64,000 nt of DNA, taken from Octopus vulgaris (lineage: Eukaryota). The stretch spans positions 136,090,001 to 136,154,000 of the forward strand of contig OX597815.1 of NCBI GenBank assembly GCA_951406725.2, written 5' to 3'. A model generated the notes under the pieces. That model saw nothing but the letters and a program-made list of their open reading frames with translations. It had not been told where the DNA came from and searched no databases. A program made the translations under genes and the position numbers. Position 1 is the first letter of the stretch; each line of letters opens with the position of its first letter. Below, in pieces: positions 12,560 to 25,550 of the stretch.

Positions 12560-12885
12560 TGCTCTGGTCTCAAACCAGAAACTGAGAGGTATATCATTGC
12601 GGCTCAGGATCAATACCTTCCTATGAGGAATTACCAGAGTAATGTCCTGAAATATAAAAGCAGCTCATCATGGAGAATACCCAGAGACAATCGATCACAT
12701 AATCTCTAGATGCAGCAGATTCACACTAACAGAATCCTTGCAAATGCATAACTGGACACTCTGTACATACACTAGTCAATATGGCGCCCACACACACTTT
12801 CTCACGAGATTACCATTCTTTGTAATTTCAGTGTCCAAACTCATCACGAAATACAAGCAAACCAACTTGATCTTATCGTGAAAAA
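12560..12885 (+). mobile_element. Degenerate R4/Dong-like LINE fragment
   Basis: Reads SGLKPETERYIIAAQDQYLPMRNYQ, matching SGLKAESEGFILAAQDQSLLTRNYQ of the 51267 ORF. Confidence 0.7.
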
Positions 12886-12889
12886 TCAT

Positions 12890-13095
12890 TTCTACTATAG
12901 GCCGAAGATCTGAAATTTTTGGACGCGGGTTACTCAATTACAGCGTTCCTAATGTTAGCTGGTGTTTATTTCATAAATTCCGAAAGGAGGAAAGGTAAGG
13001 TTGACCTCAGAGGATTTTGAACTCCGATCGTAAAACAGGTATTAATGCAGCTAAGAAGTTTTTCTTCGTGCTAATGATTTTGCCTGCTCGATGCC
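12890..13095 (-). mobile_element. Meta/MESC-type SINE, degenerate
   Basis: ccgaaaggaggaaaggtaaggttgacctcagaggattttgaact is the reverse complement of the SINE core. Confidence 0.6.
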
Positions 13096-13545
13096 ATGTG
13101 TAGTGAGAAGAGCGAAACCCTGTGACACGGTGTGACACATTATTAGTGAATGCTTGAAATCAGTACAACGTGAATAGAAAAGATATGACAATTTCGTAAG
13201 AATGATCCATTGGCAGCTTAGAGGAAATTACGACCTAGAAAGACGTGATATAACGAAATCTCGGGAATTATTGCGAAGGAGGATTGCAAAATTCTGTGGA
13301 ATGTAATGATTCAGTGTGATCATCAGATTAAACATTGAAAACCTGACGTTTGTTGTGGTGAAAAGAAAAGAAAAACATCCAAGATGATTGGCATAGCATG
13401 TCCTGGTGACAACAGAATCGAAGAGAAAGAAGAAAAAGAGAACAACTATAATGAAATGACGTGGGAAAAAAGTAGGTTGTGGGCAGTGAAGAGCGTAGTC
13501 ATGATACTAAGAGTGATTAGTGAACTTGGCAGTATTAGTACATGT
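13095..13545 (+). mobile_element. Degenerate R4/Dong-like LINE 3' fragment
   Basis: HIISEC, IHWQL, KILWNVMIQCDH, IGIACPGD motifs with stops and frameshifts. Confidence 0.7.
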
Positions 13546-13694
13546 TGTAATGGAAATGGTACACCCTTCCCATGGGACAGCCATTATAAAGTGAGACAAC
13601 GTCAAACAATACAGGGAGTCGTGTGTAATAGAGTCATTGTACGAGTTCTCAGTTGGAGTTAGGTGTCAATTACGTGTTATAAACGAGTTCATCA

Positions 13695-13750
<56 letters not shown>

Positions 13751-13756
13751 TAATCG

Positions 13757-13965
13757 TTTCTACTATAAGCACAAGGCCTGAAATTTTGGTGGAAAGGGGG
13801 ACAGATGATTGCATCGACCACAGTACTTTATTGGTACTTCTTTTATAGTCCCCCACAAAAGGATGAAAGTCAATGTCGATCAGGGCGGAATTTTAACTCA
13901 ACGCAAAGACGGACATAATGCTGCTAAGCATTTTTCCCTGCGTGCTAAAAATTTACCAGCTCACT
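13757..13965 (-). mobile_element. Meta/MESC-type SINE, degenerate
   Basis: ttctactataagcacaaggcctgaaatttt tail and ggatgaaagtcaatgtcgat...ggaatt core, next to (TAA)n. Confidence 0.6.
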
Positions 13966-14042
13966 AACTTCATAATAATAATGATGGTAAGGATAATGAT
14001 AATGATGATGATGATGATGATGATGATGATGGTGATGATAAA

Positions 14043-14091
<49 letters not shown>

Positions 14092-14395
14092 TTGATGGTG
14101 ATGATAATGATTGTTTCTAATTTGGGGAAGAGACAAGGAAATTTATTGGTAGTGGTATAGTTCACAAAATAGTCCTCATTGCTAGATTTGTACTGTATTA
14201 TCTTTCGTCCGCGAGAGGAAAGGCGAAGCTGACTTGGCAGAATCTGACGAAGAAGATAAAACACCGGAAGAAATACTGCAATTAATTTGTCCGACATTCT
14301 TGTTTCTGATAAACCTATTCAGAATACAAGATCAAAATCTCAAGTATGCTGTTTATTGTGTAATGACAAAATATCGTTATAGGGTTCAAATGTTA

Positions 14396-15673
14396 CGGGG
14401 GGCGTTCAATAAGTAATGCCCCTGACCCACTTCCCATAGTAGTAGAGCAACGAAACTTGGCACAGTTATTAGTCTTTTTCTACATAGGAACCACCCAGAG
14501 TTACGCATTTCTCCCATCGTTTGATGCAGCTCTGAAGACCGTTTTTGTAGAAGACCCCAGCTTGGTCCTCCAACCTCGACGTGACTTCAGAAATCAAGGC
14601 TGCATCATCTGGGAAACGCTTTCCTTTCAAATACAACTTCATGGCTGGGAAGAGGTGAAAATCAGAGGGTGCAGGTCAGGAGAGTAGGGAGAATGGGGGA
14701 TGAGTTCATAGCCGCACGCCTGTGCTTCTGATCTGGCGACACGCGAGTTGTGGATCGGAGCGTTGTCCTGCAGGAGGAGGATGCCTTTGCTGATCTTGCC
14801 CCGCCTCTTGATTTTGATAGCTTCTCTTAATTTCCTCAAAAGTGAAGCATAATAGACTCCTGTAATTGTGGCACCCTTTGCCAAGAAATCTGTCATCACT
14901 ACTCCGTCCTGGTCCCAGAAGACTGTGAGCATGACCTTGCCAGCGGAGGGCTGCACCCTTGCCTTCTTTGGAGGAGGTGAGTCACGGTGCTTCCACTGCA
15001 TTGACTGGGCTTTGTTCTCTGGATCATAGTGATGGACCCAGGTTTCATCCTGTGTAATCAGTCTTTTGAAAAATTTTGATTCATCTTCTTGGCACATCTT
15101 CAAATTCATCCTCGCGCAATCGACGCGTTCTTGCTTCTGGAAAGGTGTGAGCAGCCTGGGAATCCATCTGGCAGACACCTATTGCATATGCAAATGGTCA
15201 TGAATGATAGTTTCCACAGACCCGGTACTAATCTTGACCTCATGGGCTATTTGGCGAATAGTTATGCGTCGATCTTCCAAAATGGCAGCCTCAACTTGAC
15301 GGACAGATGCCTCATCAATGGCAGAAGGGGGCGACCAGATCTGGGAGCTGTTTCCACAAAGTTCCGCCCATGTTTGAATTCACGATGCCAGCGTTTTACA
15401 AGGTCATATGATGGGGCATCATCACCATAAGTTACTTTTATTTCATCAAAAGTCTCCCGTGGTGTGCGTCCTTTCAAATACAAAAACCGCATCACTGCTC
15501 GACACTCAACAGGCTCCGTTTCACACTTGACTCAGTTCAAACACCTGTAAATCAGAAACCACAATTAGTTCAGAGCTCAATCTATAGAGATATAAATAAT
15601 CGCACATGCAAAATTTCAGCTAGATCAAACAATTGCAAGTGGGTCAGAGGCATTACTTATTGAACGCCCCTCG
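14396..15673 (-). mobile_element. Full-length mariner transposon (DD34D; irritans-like TIRs)
   Basis: 37-bp TIRs (cggggggcgttcaataagtaatgcccctgacccactt; 2 mismatches); TA TSD at 14394-95 and 15674-75; length 1278 bp. Confidence 0.95.
14469..15519 (-). pseudogene. Mariner transposase pseudogene
   Basis: HTH ...VKRWHREFK..RSGRP, WIPRLL, QDETW, MLTVFWD, QDNAP, YSPDL(A)PSD with 34 residues between the last two Asp; ACG in place of the start, frameshift at about 15325, TAG at 15179-81, 1-bp loss after YSPDL. Confidence 0.9.
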
Positions 15674-16559
15674 TACGTGTGTATATCCCTTTGATGTACA
15701 TACGTAACTTCACTCTTTTACATTGTATCCATAACCTTGTATACTGCAAACGTACATTCTGATGAAAATAGAAATTTATAGAACTTGTTCCGTTTATATT
15801 TCTTTAAAGAAATAGAACTGACTGGCGAGACAGACACAAGTGGTGTCACCTAAATGTTGATATCGACATACCTAAACACACATATCGAACATAAATAATA
15901 CTTTGATAGAAAAACCTACTCGAAATATGTATACGCCCTCTACTACATGTGTTTGTGTGTGATGCATCATTGCACACACACAAATACAAGTATGTGTATA
16001 TGTGTGCGTATGTTTATTTGAATATATATAGACTGAACAAAGCGCCATTTTTTATATATTCAAACTGAATGCCAAACCTGTATTGTGGCTTTATTTGTTA
16101 TATATCCACTGTTGTGTGCAACATGTATGAATGCTGATCACGATCTAGTTGACTTCCTTTCATGAGAGCTTTATTGTGTATGTCTCTGTATTATTCTTTT
16201 CAAATTGTACATATTTTATAAAAAACTTATTCCAGTAAATCCTGTAAAAAATATGGTTCTTAATTTGTAAAGTGCATACATGTATTGGCAAGGTTTTGTA
16301 AAATAGATCATTGTAACAAAAACCTGTGCAGAGATAGATATCAGACATTTCAATAGTTGACGTGTGGCTAATAAATCACGTCCAGACAGTTGTAAGTACA
16401 ATATGAAATTTAAAATAAATTATTTCAGATATTTATATCTTTACAAAATGTCAAGGTAGAAAGAAAAGTTTCAGACTTAAGATATCGTGGTTTTTTTTTC
16501 AGAACAGACATGAGTTGAATAAATGATCATAGGACGGACGTTTCTTTTACACTATTTAG

Positions 16560-18030
16560 GCAATATATAGTTCAGATACAAGTACAAATATAGCTACCTA
16601 TATACGTAAAGATACAAGCATGGAATTGTTTGGTTCCCCGTCGGTTTTGATGATGAACATTATGATGTTCAATCAGCTTATTAACAGTTCCTGAATTGAA
16701 GTGTAAGTGGTTGAGTAATCCGTAGACTCGAGCGCTCATAATTCTCAAAGAGATCCAGCATGATACAGTGAGTGACAAAGTTTTACCTATCAATTATAGT
16801 TACAAACCATTCAAATGAATTCTTTACAGCTTCTTTATGTCAGTTACATTACAGGGTATGTGTTGGAGACCTCTAACTATCAGACCGGTACAAAAGAATG
16901 TTTTTTGTCGCGATTTCGAAGGTGGTGTACTTGGAAGCTGACAGTATCTACCAGTTTGTGCATTAAAGTTCTCTCTAACGGCGAAGTTTAGAACAACCCT
17001 ATCCGGGATTTTCCATGCGTTCAAGAGAGCAGAGACGCAGCGCTTTTGGGCATTCTTAGTAATTAAGGCTTTTAATTTCTCCTATAAGACCGGATCAGTT
17101 GTGAGTCCAAAGTTGAGTGCAGTAATCTAATCTGCTCAGAACTAGGGCTTTCCATAGTGTTAGCATAACTACCGTCTCATTTGTTACAAAGGTTCATAAG
17201 AGCCATGCTATCCGATGTCTACATTTAGAGGCCATTGTGGTGATGTCACTGATGAAAGATGTATCATGCGATAGGATTACTGCTAAGTCTCGTATATCAT
17301 TAGCGCTCTGAACCATTGCGTTTTCAGGTGTCAAATATTGTGATTTGTATGTATTCCCTCCGAAATGAAGGACCAGAAAATTTGACGTATTAAATTTCCT
17401 ATTGGTTTAATTTGCCCATTATTAAATGAGGTTTAGCTCATTTTGGAGTGTCACGGTATCTTCTGGAGCTTGAATAACCATCGAACCTTTTGTGTCAACG
17501 GCGCAACTCATTAACGCGGCCGAGTGCACTTGTGACCTTCTATCTTATAGGGCGTTGATATATAAATAATAATGATCTCAGAACCGTTCCCCGTGGTGCA
17601 CCACTTATTACAGGTGACTTAACAGTGCCTAGTGTAGAAATGAATATTGTCAACCACCTTAGCAAAATTAAGGTATACGCAGTCAGTGTCATTTCCTCTT
17701 ACGAGATTATTGAGAATAGTGTCATAGTACTGTAAAAGTTGTGACAGACAACTTCGTTCAGTCCAAAAACCATGCTGTAATCTCATTTAAGAGACTGTTT
17801 TCTTCAAGTATGTAATTATTCTCTTTTGGACATTGCATTCGATAATTTTAGATGTGTGAGATATGAGAAAAACGGGTCTGAAGTTTTTAGCTTCAGTTCT
17901 GCTGCCTCCCTTGTGCATAGTTGTTACTGTCAGTAGTTCTTGGAATATACCAGTGTTCTAGTGCCTTTTGAAGTAGTATCTTTAATGGTTTCGCGAGGCT
18001 GTTTTTTAACGTTTTTGCGACAATTTGGTT
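16560..18030 (-). mobile_element. Degenerate CR1/L2-type LINE reverse transcriptase and 3' region
   Basis: Minus strand reads KNFRPV, QHGFWTERSC, DCVYLNFAK, SGAPRGTV: decayed versions of NYRPISL, QHGF, YLDFSKAFD, SGVPQGS. Confidence 0.7.
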
Positions 18031-18101
18031 CAGACACTGAGTTTGTATCTATGTGTCAATAATAGCTGTAAATATAGACATATGTGTGTGTGAGAGAGAG
18101 A

Positions 18102-18152
<51 letters not shown>

Positions 18153-18517
18153 CGTGTGCATGTGGTGTGTGTGCGTGCGCTCGCGTCTGCATTTGCCTGT
18201 GATTTTGTTTATGTGAGTGTATTTCAGAAAGAGCTGTTCCTGGAGACAGAGACGTTCCTCCTTCGTAGAGAGTGTTTAATTAATTTTTGTTAACATCATT
18301 CCTTTGCATGCAAAACTGTGATGTTTTATGCTCATTTTAAGTGCACTTCAAAATGTTGCAAAACTAAATACAGCGGATCTTATTTGAAATTGGACATTTC
18401 AAATTCATGCTGAGCATTGCCTGCGAAAGAAATAATTGATTCTACTCTTTACAAGGCTATTAACACGTGTACTGTTAATTGTTATTGCATCGTGGTGTCC
18501 GTGCAGGAGATCGCACA

Positions 18518-18548
<31 letters not shown>

Positions 18549-18732
18549 GTACATACACACATACATACACGTACTTACACATACACACGGGCGCGCACAC
18601 GTACAACTCACCCCTCACCCCTCTCTTTCTGTCACTATCTCTTTTTTGTCTGTCTATCTCTGTCCGTCCGCCTGCCTATGTACATTTATATATTATTTAT
18701 TTATATGAGCATATATATATAAATGTTAAGAA

Positions 18733-19020
18733 ACATGGTTTAGTGGTTAGAGTGTTGCACTCACGATTGCGAGATCATGGGTTCAACTCACAGACCAGGC
18801 GATGCGTTGTGTTTTTGAGCAAAGCACTTTATTTGAAGTTGCTCTGCGACCCTTTTGACATATGACCTTTGGCGCCTGTTGCACCAGTACAAGTAATGTC
18901 GATTTGATGGAGGGAGTGAACTTAAGTCTACACAAACATTTTGATCACTATAAACAAATTAGCTGTGTGAGTGTTTGGTAAGAAATTGTCGAACCATCAT
19001 ACGTCGACTAACGAAGGGAA
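18733..19020 (+). mobile_element. tRNA-derived SINE (CORE/V-like), degenerate
   Basis: A-box tggtttagtggtt, B-box ggttcaactc, then gtgtttttgagcaaagcacttta; related copy at 57150-57457 (-). Confidence 0.6.
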
Positions 19021-19879
19021 TATATATATATGTATGCATGTTTTTCTTGCAAGCATTGTACAGTACCAGAATTTTCAATTAGAGCTAAATACAACCAACT
19101 ACTCACAGTCCTTGTTAGAGAATCCGCGTAAATGGAGTCTGGACAGCCTAATATATTCTTGCATCGAGCCATTTTATTTGCGCTAATGAAGTCAAACCAA
19201 ATAAGGATATTGTGAAAGCGTTTGAAACGTTCGTTTCAGGTCTTGCGTAAAAATAACAGGAAATACATTTTCAAATATCAAAATACGAACAACTGATGGA
19301 AATAGTACTATACATACATACATACATACAGAATGCTCGAAATGAGGAGTAGATGGACAGTCAACGACTGATGAAGGGTGCTTTCTTTGTATTTGCTTCT
19401 CCTGTTTTCCATTTTCTCTCGTTGTTTACCTATTTAACTCGTTTGTTCACGTATTTCCCGTTATTTGCACCGTTGGTGAGTCCTGCACCAATATAATCAT
19501 GTATGTGTGTGTGAGTGTGTGTGTGTGTGTGTATGTGTGTGTGTATGTTTGTTCGTCTGTGGTTGGACTGTGGTAAAATCGCCTACAAATTTAGGAGGAA
19601 AGAGAATAGGTACAGACAAGGAAGGAGGAGGGGAGATAGAGGGAAAGAAAGAGAGAAAAAGGAGAGAGAGAAATGGGAGGTCATTATCCTCTCCTCCACC
19701 TTTTTTCCAACCTTTGTATACTACGTATATACCCCTTTCTTTTCATTGTGCACCGTGTATGGTAACGTTTTTTTGAAAGTTATTTTGTCATTTCATTACA
19801 TGTAAACCCCAACACTTGATGTCTGTCTCTGTATTTTCTCCCCTCATCATTCGACTGGCTGCAAATAAATGAAATCTTT

Positions 19880-19929
<50 letters not shown>

Positions 19930-20009
19930 TAACACCACCACCACCACCACCACCACCACCACCACCACCACCACCACCACCACCACCACCACCACCACCA
20001 CCACTCCGG

Positions 20010-20195
20010 ACAAAATGCCTGGTGGCTTTTCGTATGTTTTTACGTTACAAGTTCAAATTTCGCTGAGATTGACTTTGCCTTTCCTCCTTTTGTGGTCGAT
20101 TAAATAAGTACTATTCAAGTGTTATGGTTAATGCAGTCGACTTCCCATCCTCTCAAAAACCACTAGATTCGTGCTCAAATATAAAGCCAATATTA
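20010..20195 (+). mobile_element. Meta/MESC-type SINE, degenerate
   Basis: gttcaaatttcgctgagattgactttgcctttcctccttttgtggtcgattaaataagtac. Confidence 0.6.
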
Positions 20196-21396
20196 TTGAA
20201 TGCGAATAATTTATAATTATACAAATGGAAAACCAAATCTACAACGCATAAAAGAGCGAACACTACGTTATCAACCGAATCTCTGTCAGACCTGTTTCTT
20301 CAGCCGAAAAGCGGATGGAAACTTTGAAGGATATAGTTCTAAATAAACCATTGGTAGAGAGGAACACGGAAGGTAATGTCAGAAATACAGTTGTTGATGG
20401 GTGTGTTTAGCTGAACTACTCTGGAGCCAACGAACAAAATATAAGCTGCAAATTTACAGTGATGCTATTGTAATTGATTTGATGTGATGAATGTATAAAT
20501 GTTGATAAAATAAGTAGCAGATGAACACTTGGACTGATGCGATTGACCTATTCCCACCCACGAAATTGTGGGCCTTGTGCCAAAATTTTAAACTGATATT
20601 AACTTACTTTTTACTATAACATCCTAAGAATTATTGCGAATGTTTTGTCACCCAGGTTCCCTTCTAGGTCTGACATGAATGTGTAAGATTTTATTTTCAA
20701 TTTCCAGGTAAAGATATCTACATATTGCCTTATGGATATCAATATCTATTAAGACCTGTCTCCGATATATTATTGAGTATTTCGGAGGACGTAATAACTG
20801 GGAAAGTTGTAGCCGATTGTTGATATATTAACTGTATTTTGTACTGTTGCTGAAAGTCTTCTGTTTTGTAATTATATTTAGACGGATATCGATCTGGCTG
20901 ATGTTTTCCTGTTAATGTTGTCAAGCTTGCATGGAAGAGTGAATCTGACGTAACAGGAAGCTTATAGTGGCGGACATACGTACTATTTTGTATTTTCATT
21001 CTCTTTGACCATCCTACTAACCAGAAATCATTCATTAGCAGATACTAAACACTTCTGCAATAGTTTTTCTAAGGAAATTAATTAAGAAACTCGCCTACAT
21101 TCCATAAAAAAAGCTATCAAACAGAAGCAAAGAGCAAAATATATAAGACACAAATGGAAGAAATCGTTAAAACATTCGTGGAAATGTTATGAAGTATTGA
21201 TTTTATTTGATTTGCCGCGACGGAGAATTGCTAAAACAACTACAGCAACAATTACAATCATAACAACAACGGTAATAATGGTTTCAGATTTTGGCAAAAA
21301 GGCCAATAATTGCAGACTCCGGTGCACAACTGGTACTTATTTCATCAGCCCCGAAAGGACGAAAAGCAAATACAACTTCAGCCGAACTTGAACTCA

Positions 21397-21455
<59 letters not shown>

Positions 21456-21489
21456 TAATAATAATAATGATAATAATAATAATAATAAT

Positions 21490-23990
21490 CCTTTCTTTAT
21501 TGGGGCGAACAGAAAAAAGGGGCGAACAGAAAAAAAAGCAAATAGGGACAATACGAAACAAAGGGACAAGTGGGGTTTAAAAACAGAAAAATGTATAAAC
21601 GATAAAAACAAAACCACTTAACAAAAATTTAAACAACAAAATTTCCCAATTAGGTGGGAAGTTCCACCCAGGGCCAACCAGTGCACTCCACACCTCCTGG
21701 ACACCCCGACTGGCAAGGGCATGCCATGTAGGCACCCCTCTTCCTCTCAACTGCTCCGGTTTACAGACGGATATTCAGAGTAGATATTCACACGAGTCAT
21801 TTTCGCCTACTTTTCAACAGAAGTATTAGGGGGCAGTACTTCTCTCTCTACCCTCACTTTCCTTTTCAAGTGGAACTTGAAACAATTCGATGCGAGCTCG
21901 GCAGAAAAGGAATGTGTCTGTCTTTATTCCTTTCAGCCTCGTCCGCCACACTACCTCTTTCGCTATAGCTACCAGGTAGAGGAAAACTGCCTTTCCCTCC
22001 CGGCCAAAAGAAGGCGGCAGGGCGATGCTCACAATGGACTCGGCTGATAATCGGATCCATCTTATACGTGACAATAGTTATTCAACAAAGCTTCACAGGT
22101 CAGTATTGTACGGAGACTGGACGAGTGCATGAAGGACGCTTTCATCACCCTACACGCCTCGGGCAAGTCCGTCTAGCAGTACTTCCATGTCTGTAGAGAT
22201 TTTCCCAACTGGGTGATCTCCCAGGTAGCACTGCCAGGCCAGGGATTTCTGGATGTTATCCCTAGGCCTTGCCCAGAAAGTCCTCCGGAAATGGCCAGTT
22301 AGTTGATCCCTCTCGACGCCCAGAGTTTTCCCGAGTACCTCGTCGCTCTTTTCTTCCACTAATCCTCCACAGAACTCCATAGTGGAACTTCCACCGACTG
22401 CGTAGAACTTCCACCGACCGCATGGAACTTACACTGATCTAGCAGACGGCCGTTAGCGTTTGCCGACACTCTAGGTGCCAAGCACCTTTTCTTGGTATAC
22501 GCTTGACCTAGGATTGTAGCTCCATCAATGATACAAGGTATTTATACATTCACCACATCAATATTTATACATTCACAAACAACCACCACACCTGCTGGAT
22601 ATGTCGCAGCCTCAGCGTATGTTAGCGTATCATTAGCCACAACATGCCCAGTCCTCCACTCAGCGGCTGTTGACGAGCTGGACACGCCCCTTCCATAGAA
22701 AGCGGAAGGGCTCCAAATTTATCGGGCACAAATCGGAGCTAGGGAAAAAGTGGAGCTAGATGAGGGAAGCGATGTACGCATTCGCTACCTCCACCTGACT
22801 CTTCAGGGACAGCTTCCTATCTGTCAATTTCTGGGTGAGATTGTCTATAGTGATCGTCACTTCCCCCTAGTTCTTGTCCACCTGGAGATCTGGACCAAAC
22901 CAGACCCCGAGAAGTTTTACCGGCCCTTCCGTCCAGCGCCCTAACACTGTCTTTTTGCGCGGACCTGCCTCTCCAGATTCCGAGCTGCAGGTCCACTGAC
23001 TTCTCCTGTTTGATCTTTGCTACTGTCACTGGTTCGTACTTAGAGCAGTGCCGACCACCTCGATTTCCGAGATGTCCGATATTATTACGATGACGTCGTC
23101 CGTGTAAGCCGACACGAACCGTCTACATCCTAGATCACGCGGGCTGCCCTTCGAAATATTCTGCTCCGCAGCAATGTCTCCGGAGCCAGTACGTACAGAA
23201 GAGGTGAGAGTGGGCAACCCTGACTGACCGAAGAAGCGATGGTGCTCATTTACTTTGACCATCGAAGAGATGTCGCGGTACATTTCAGCGATCCAGCCTC
23301 TAATAGCGGGACCAAAAGCCGCTGCCGCTAGAACAGCTTCCAAGTATCGGTGATTGGCCCTGTCAAAAGCTTTCGATTGATACAAATTGATGACGGTCCT
23401 TTAATCGCCCTCTCTATAATCTAGCGCGTGAGGTGGAGGTTGTCGTGGATAGTTCTGTTTGCAATAGCGCATGTCTGCGCATTAGCAACAAACTTATCGA
23501 CGATATGCACCAACATCTTGGACAACACTTTGGCCAAAATATTATAATTTGTCTTCAGTAGATTTATAGGCCTAAAATTATTATGTTTGTCCCCTTTGTT
23601 CGTGTTCTTCCTCAACAGCACCGCACTCCACAGCTTACAGCACTGCGAATTCTCCCGTTCTGCTGCCAGTTGTGGTAGAAGACTGCCAAGAGATCACCGA
23701 CTTATGAAAATAAAGCAACTAGAGCACTGACATATGAAAATAAAGCTCGAAGAGCAGTCCATCCCGCCTAGGAGGCTTCTCTCTTGCGCAGGACTTCATC
23801 GCGTCCCGTACATCTTCGGCTGATATCAGCATTTCACAGTACTGCGCATCCTTAGCTAAGAGGCGCAGCATGCCATTGAGAAAAGAGATGAAATCCACCA
23901 CTGAGTGGATTCATTCCATGAGATCTAAACTCCATCACCCGGAGGCTCCACGACAGGACCATGTGCGCATAACAACGGAAGATATCCTTA
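21490..23990 (-). mobile_element. Degenerate Tx1/L1-clade LINE (RT, C-terminal zinc finger, 3' UTR) ending in (TTA)n
   Basis: NFRPINLL, QTCAI..RTIHDNLHL, QSKAFDR.NH.YL, VSAYTDD, LSAESIV...VWRTRLKG homologous to the element at 58000; 3' end ccaataaagaaagg then (att)n at about 21400-21490. Confidence 0.85.
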
Positions 23991-23994
23991 CGCT

Positions 23995-25550
23995 GATATA
24001 AAAACTGCCAAACTGGAAAGCAGCAGGACCAGATGGAATTCAAGGCTATTGTCTCAAGTGGTTTAGGTCAATACACAAGAGACTTGTGTTACAGTTCCGG
24101 AGTGGATGGTAGAGGGAAGAACAACTCCGTATGGAATTACATGGTCAGTTCCACCGTGAACCCCCAAAATTAAAAAGACCAGGAAGCATTATCACGGCTC
24201 AGGACCAAATATTAAATACCAATTCAGTGAAAAAAGAATATATACCACACAAGTGTATCGGACCTCTGCAGAATGTGTGGGAAGAGGATCGAAAGTATGA
24301 CTCACATTGTTAGTGCTTGTGAAAGTTTTGCACAGAAAGAGTACAAGCGTAGACAAGACAAAGTAGCTCAAAACATCCACTGGCTACTAGGCCGGAAGTA
24401 TGGATATGAGGTTATGTGTGCTTGGTACCAACATACACTGGAAATGGTAATGGACGAAAAGGAGAAGGCAAAAATCCTCTGGGTATTTGATTTCCAGACA
24501 GACAAAGAGTTAAAGCACTGAAGGCCGGATAGAGTAACATTTAGGAGGGAGTGTCTAATTATCGATGTAGCAGTGCCAGGAGATCAACATATCATCGTAT
24601 AAGAAAGAGAAAAATTGATAAATATGGAAACCTGAGAATTAAGCACTAAAATGTGGCAGCTTCGAGTGTGGAACATAAAGGTTATCCCTATTGTCATCGG
24701 AGCATTGGTTTCAATACCACCCAATCTGAAAAACAAATCTGGAAACTTTAGAAATAACCTACAAACTAGATGCATTGCAAAAGTCGGCATTACTTGGAAC
24801 TGTACGCATATTGCCTAAAGTACTGTCTGTCTGAGGTCCCTGTTGTGACTTGACAATAGGGAGGTGAGGGAGTTGATAGTCTTTGCCTAACAGCTATGTC
24901 GGATGCGGAAAGAGTACGGCTCTCGTCTGAGTCCATGATAAAGATTGTACCACCTTCCTCTCCCCACCCCCCAAAAAGAAGGCAGTATTTTTCTGCGTAG
25001 TAACCCCATTGAAAGGCATGGTATGGAAGACGCGAGTGAAAGGGATCGCGGCAGGCCAATTCGTCTCCGGACGCAGACTGGTGAATTACTTCGCCGCACA
25101 TCTTTCCAGCAAGAACTGTCTGGAGAGGAGGAGGCTGCCACAAAGAGTATTTGGAAAAAGATGGACGGAAGTAGTAAGAAAGATGAGAATGCAAGGAGCC
25201 GTGCTTGCATGGTCGGTCCTGGTATAAAGGGATGAAAATAATTGCCAAAAAGAAATCAACCGGCTGGTTAGTTCACTAACCTGAATAAACAGTTATATAT
25301 AATTATCATTTATATTTTTTAATTCAAATCATTCGTCTTACATATCTATAAACCCATCCGCTTTAAATTTGTGTAACGAGTGCGTCTGACCCCTATATGG
25401 CTCTTGTCTGTCCTTGTTTGTCCACTCTATGTATCATTTTATAAGGAAATAAAGAAAACCTGTTGTGACTTGACAAATAGTACAATCCCCAGTAGACACA
25501 ATATCTTCAATCAACAATCTCACTGTGAGACGTCTATAATAAAAATAAAA
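23995..25550 (+). mobile_element. Deleted R4/Dong-like LINE fragment, interrupted in its 3' UTR by a Tx1-like insertion
   Basis: NWKAAGPDGIQGY, CRMCG..ESMTHIVSAC, RQDKVA, ILWVFDFQTD, IIDVAVPGD; the 3' UTR resumes at 25477. Confidence 0.8.
24857..25458 (+). mobile_element. 5'-truncated Tx1/L1-clade LINE with 18-bp TSD
   Basis: KGMVWKTRVKG...VSGRRLVNYFAAHL..KRW aligns to the 58000 element C-terminus; ends aataaagaaaa; TSD cctgttgtgacttgacaa at 24839-24856 and 25459-25476. Confidence 0.85.

Noticed and set aside
19366-19390. CTGATGA motif as a hammerhead
   Set aside because: No downstream helix II plus GAAA found
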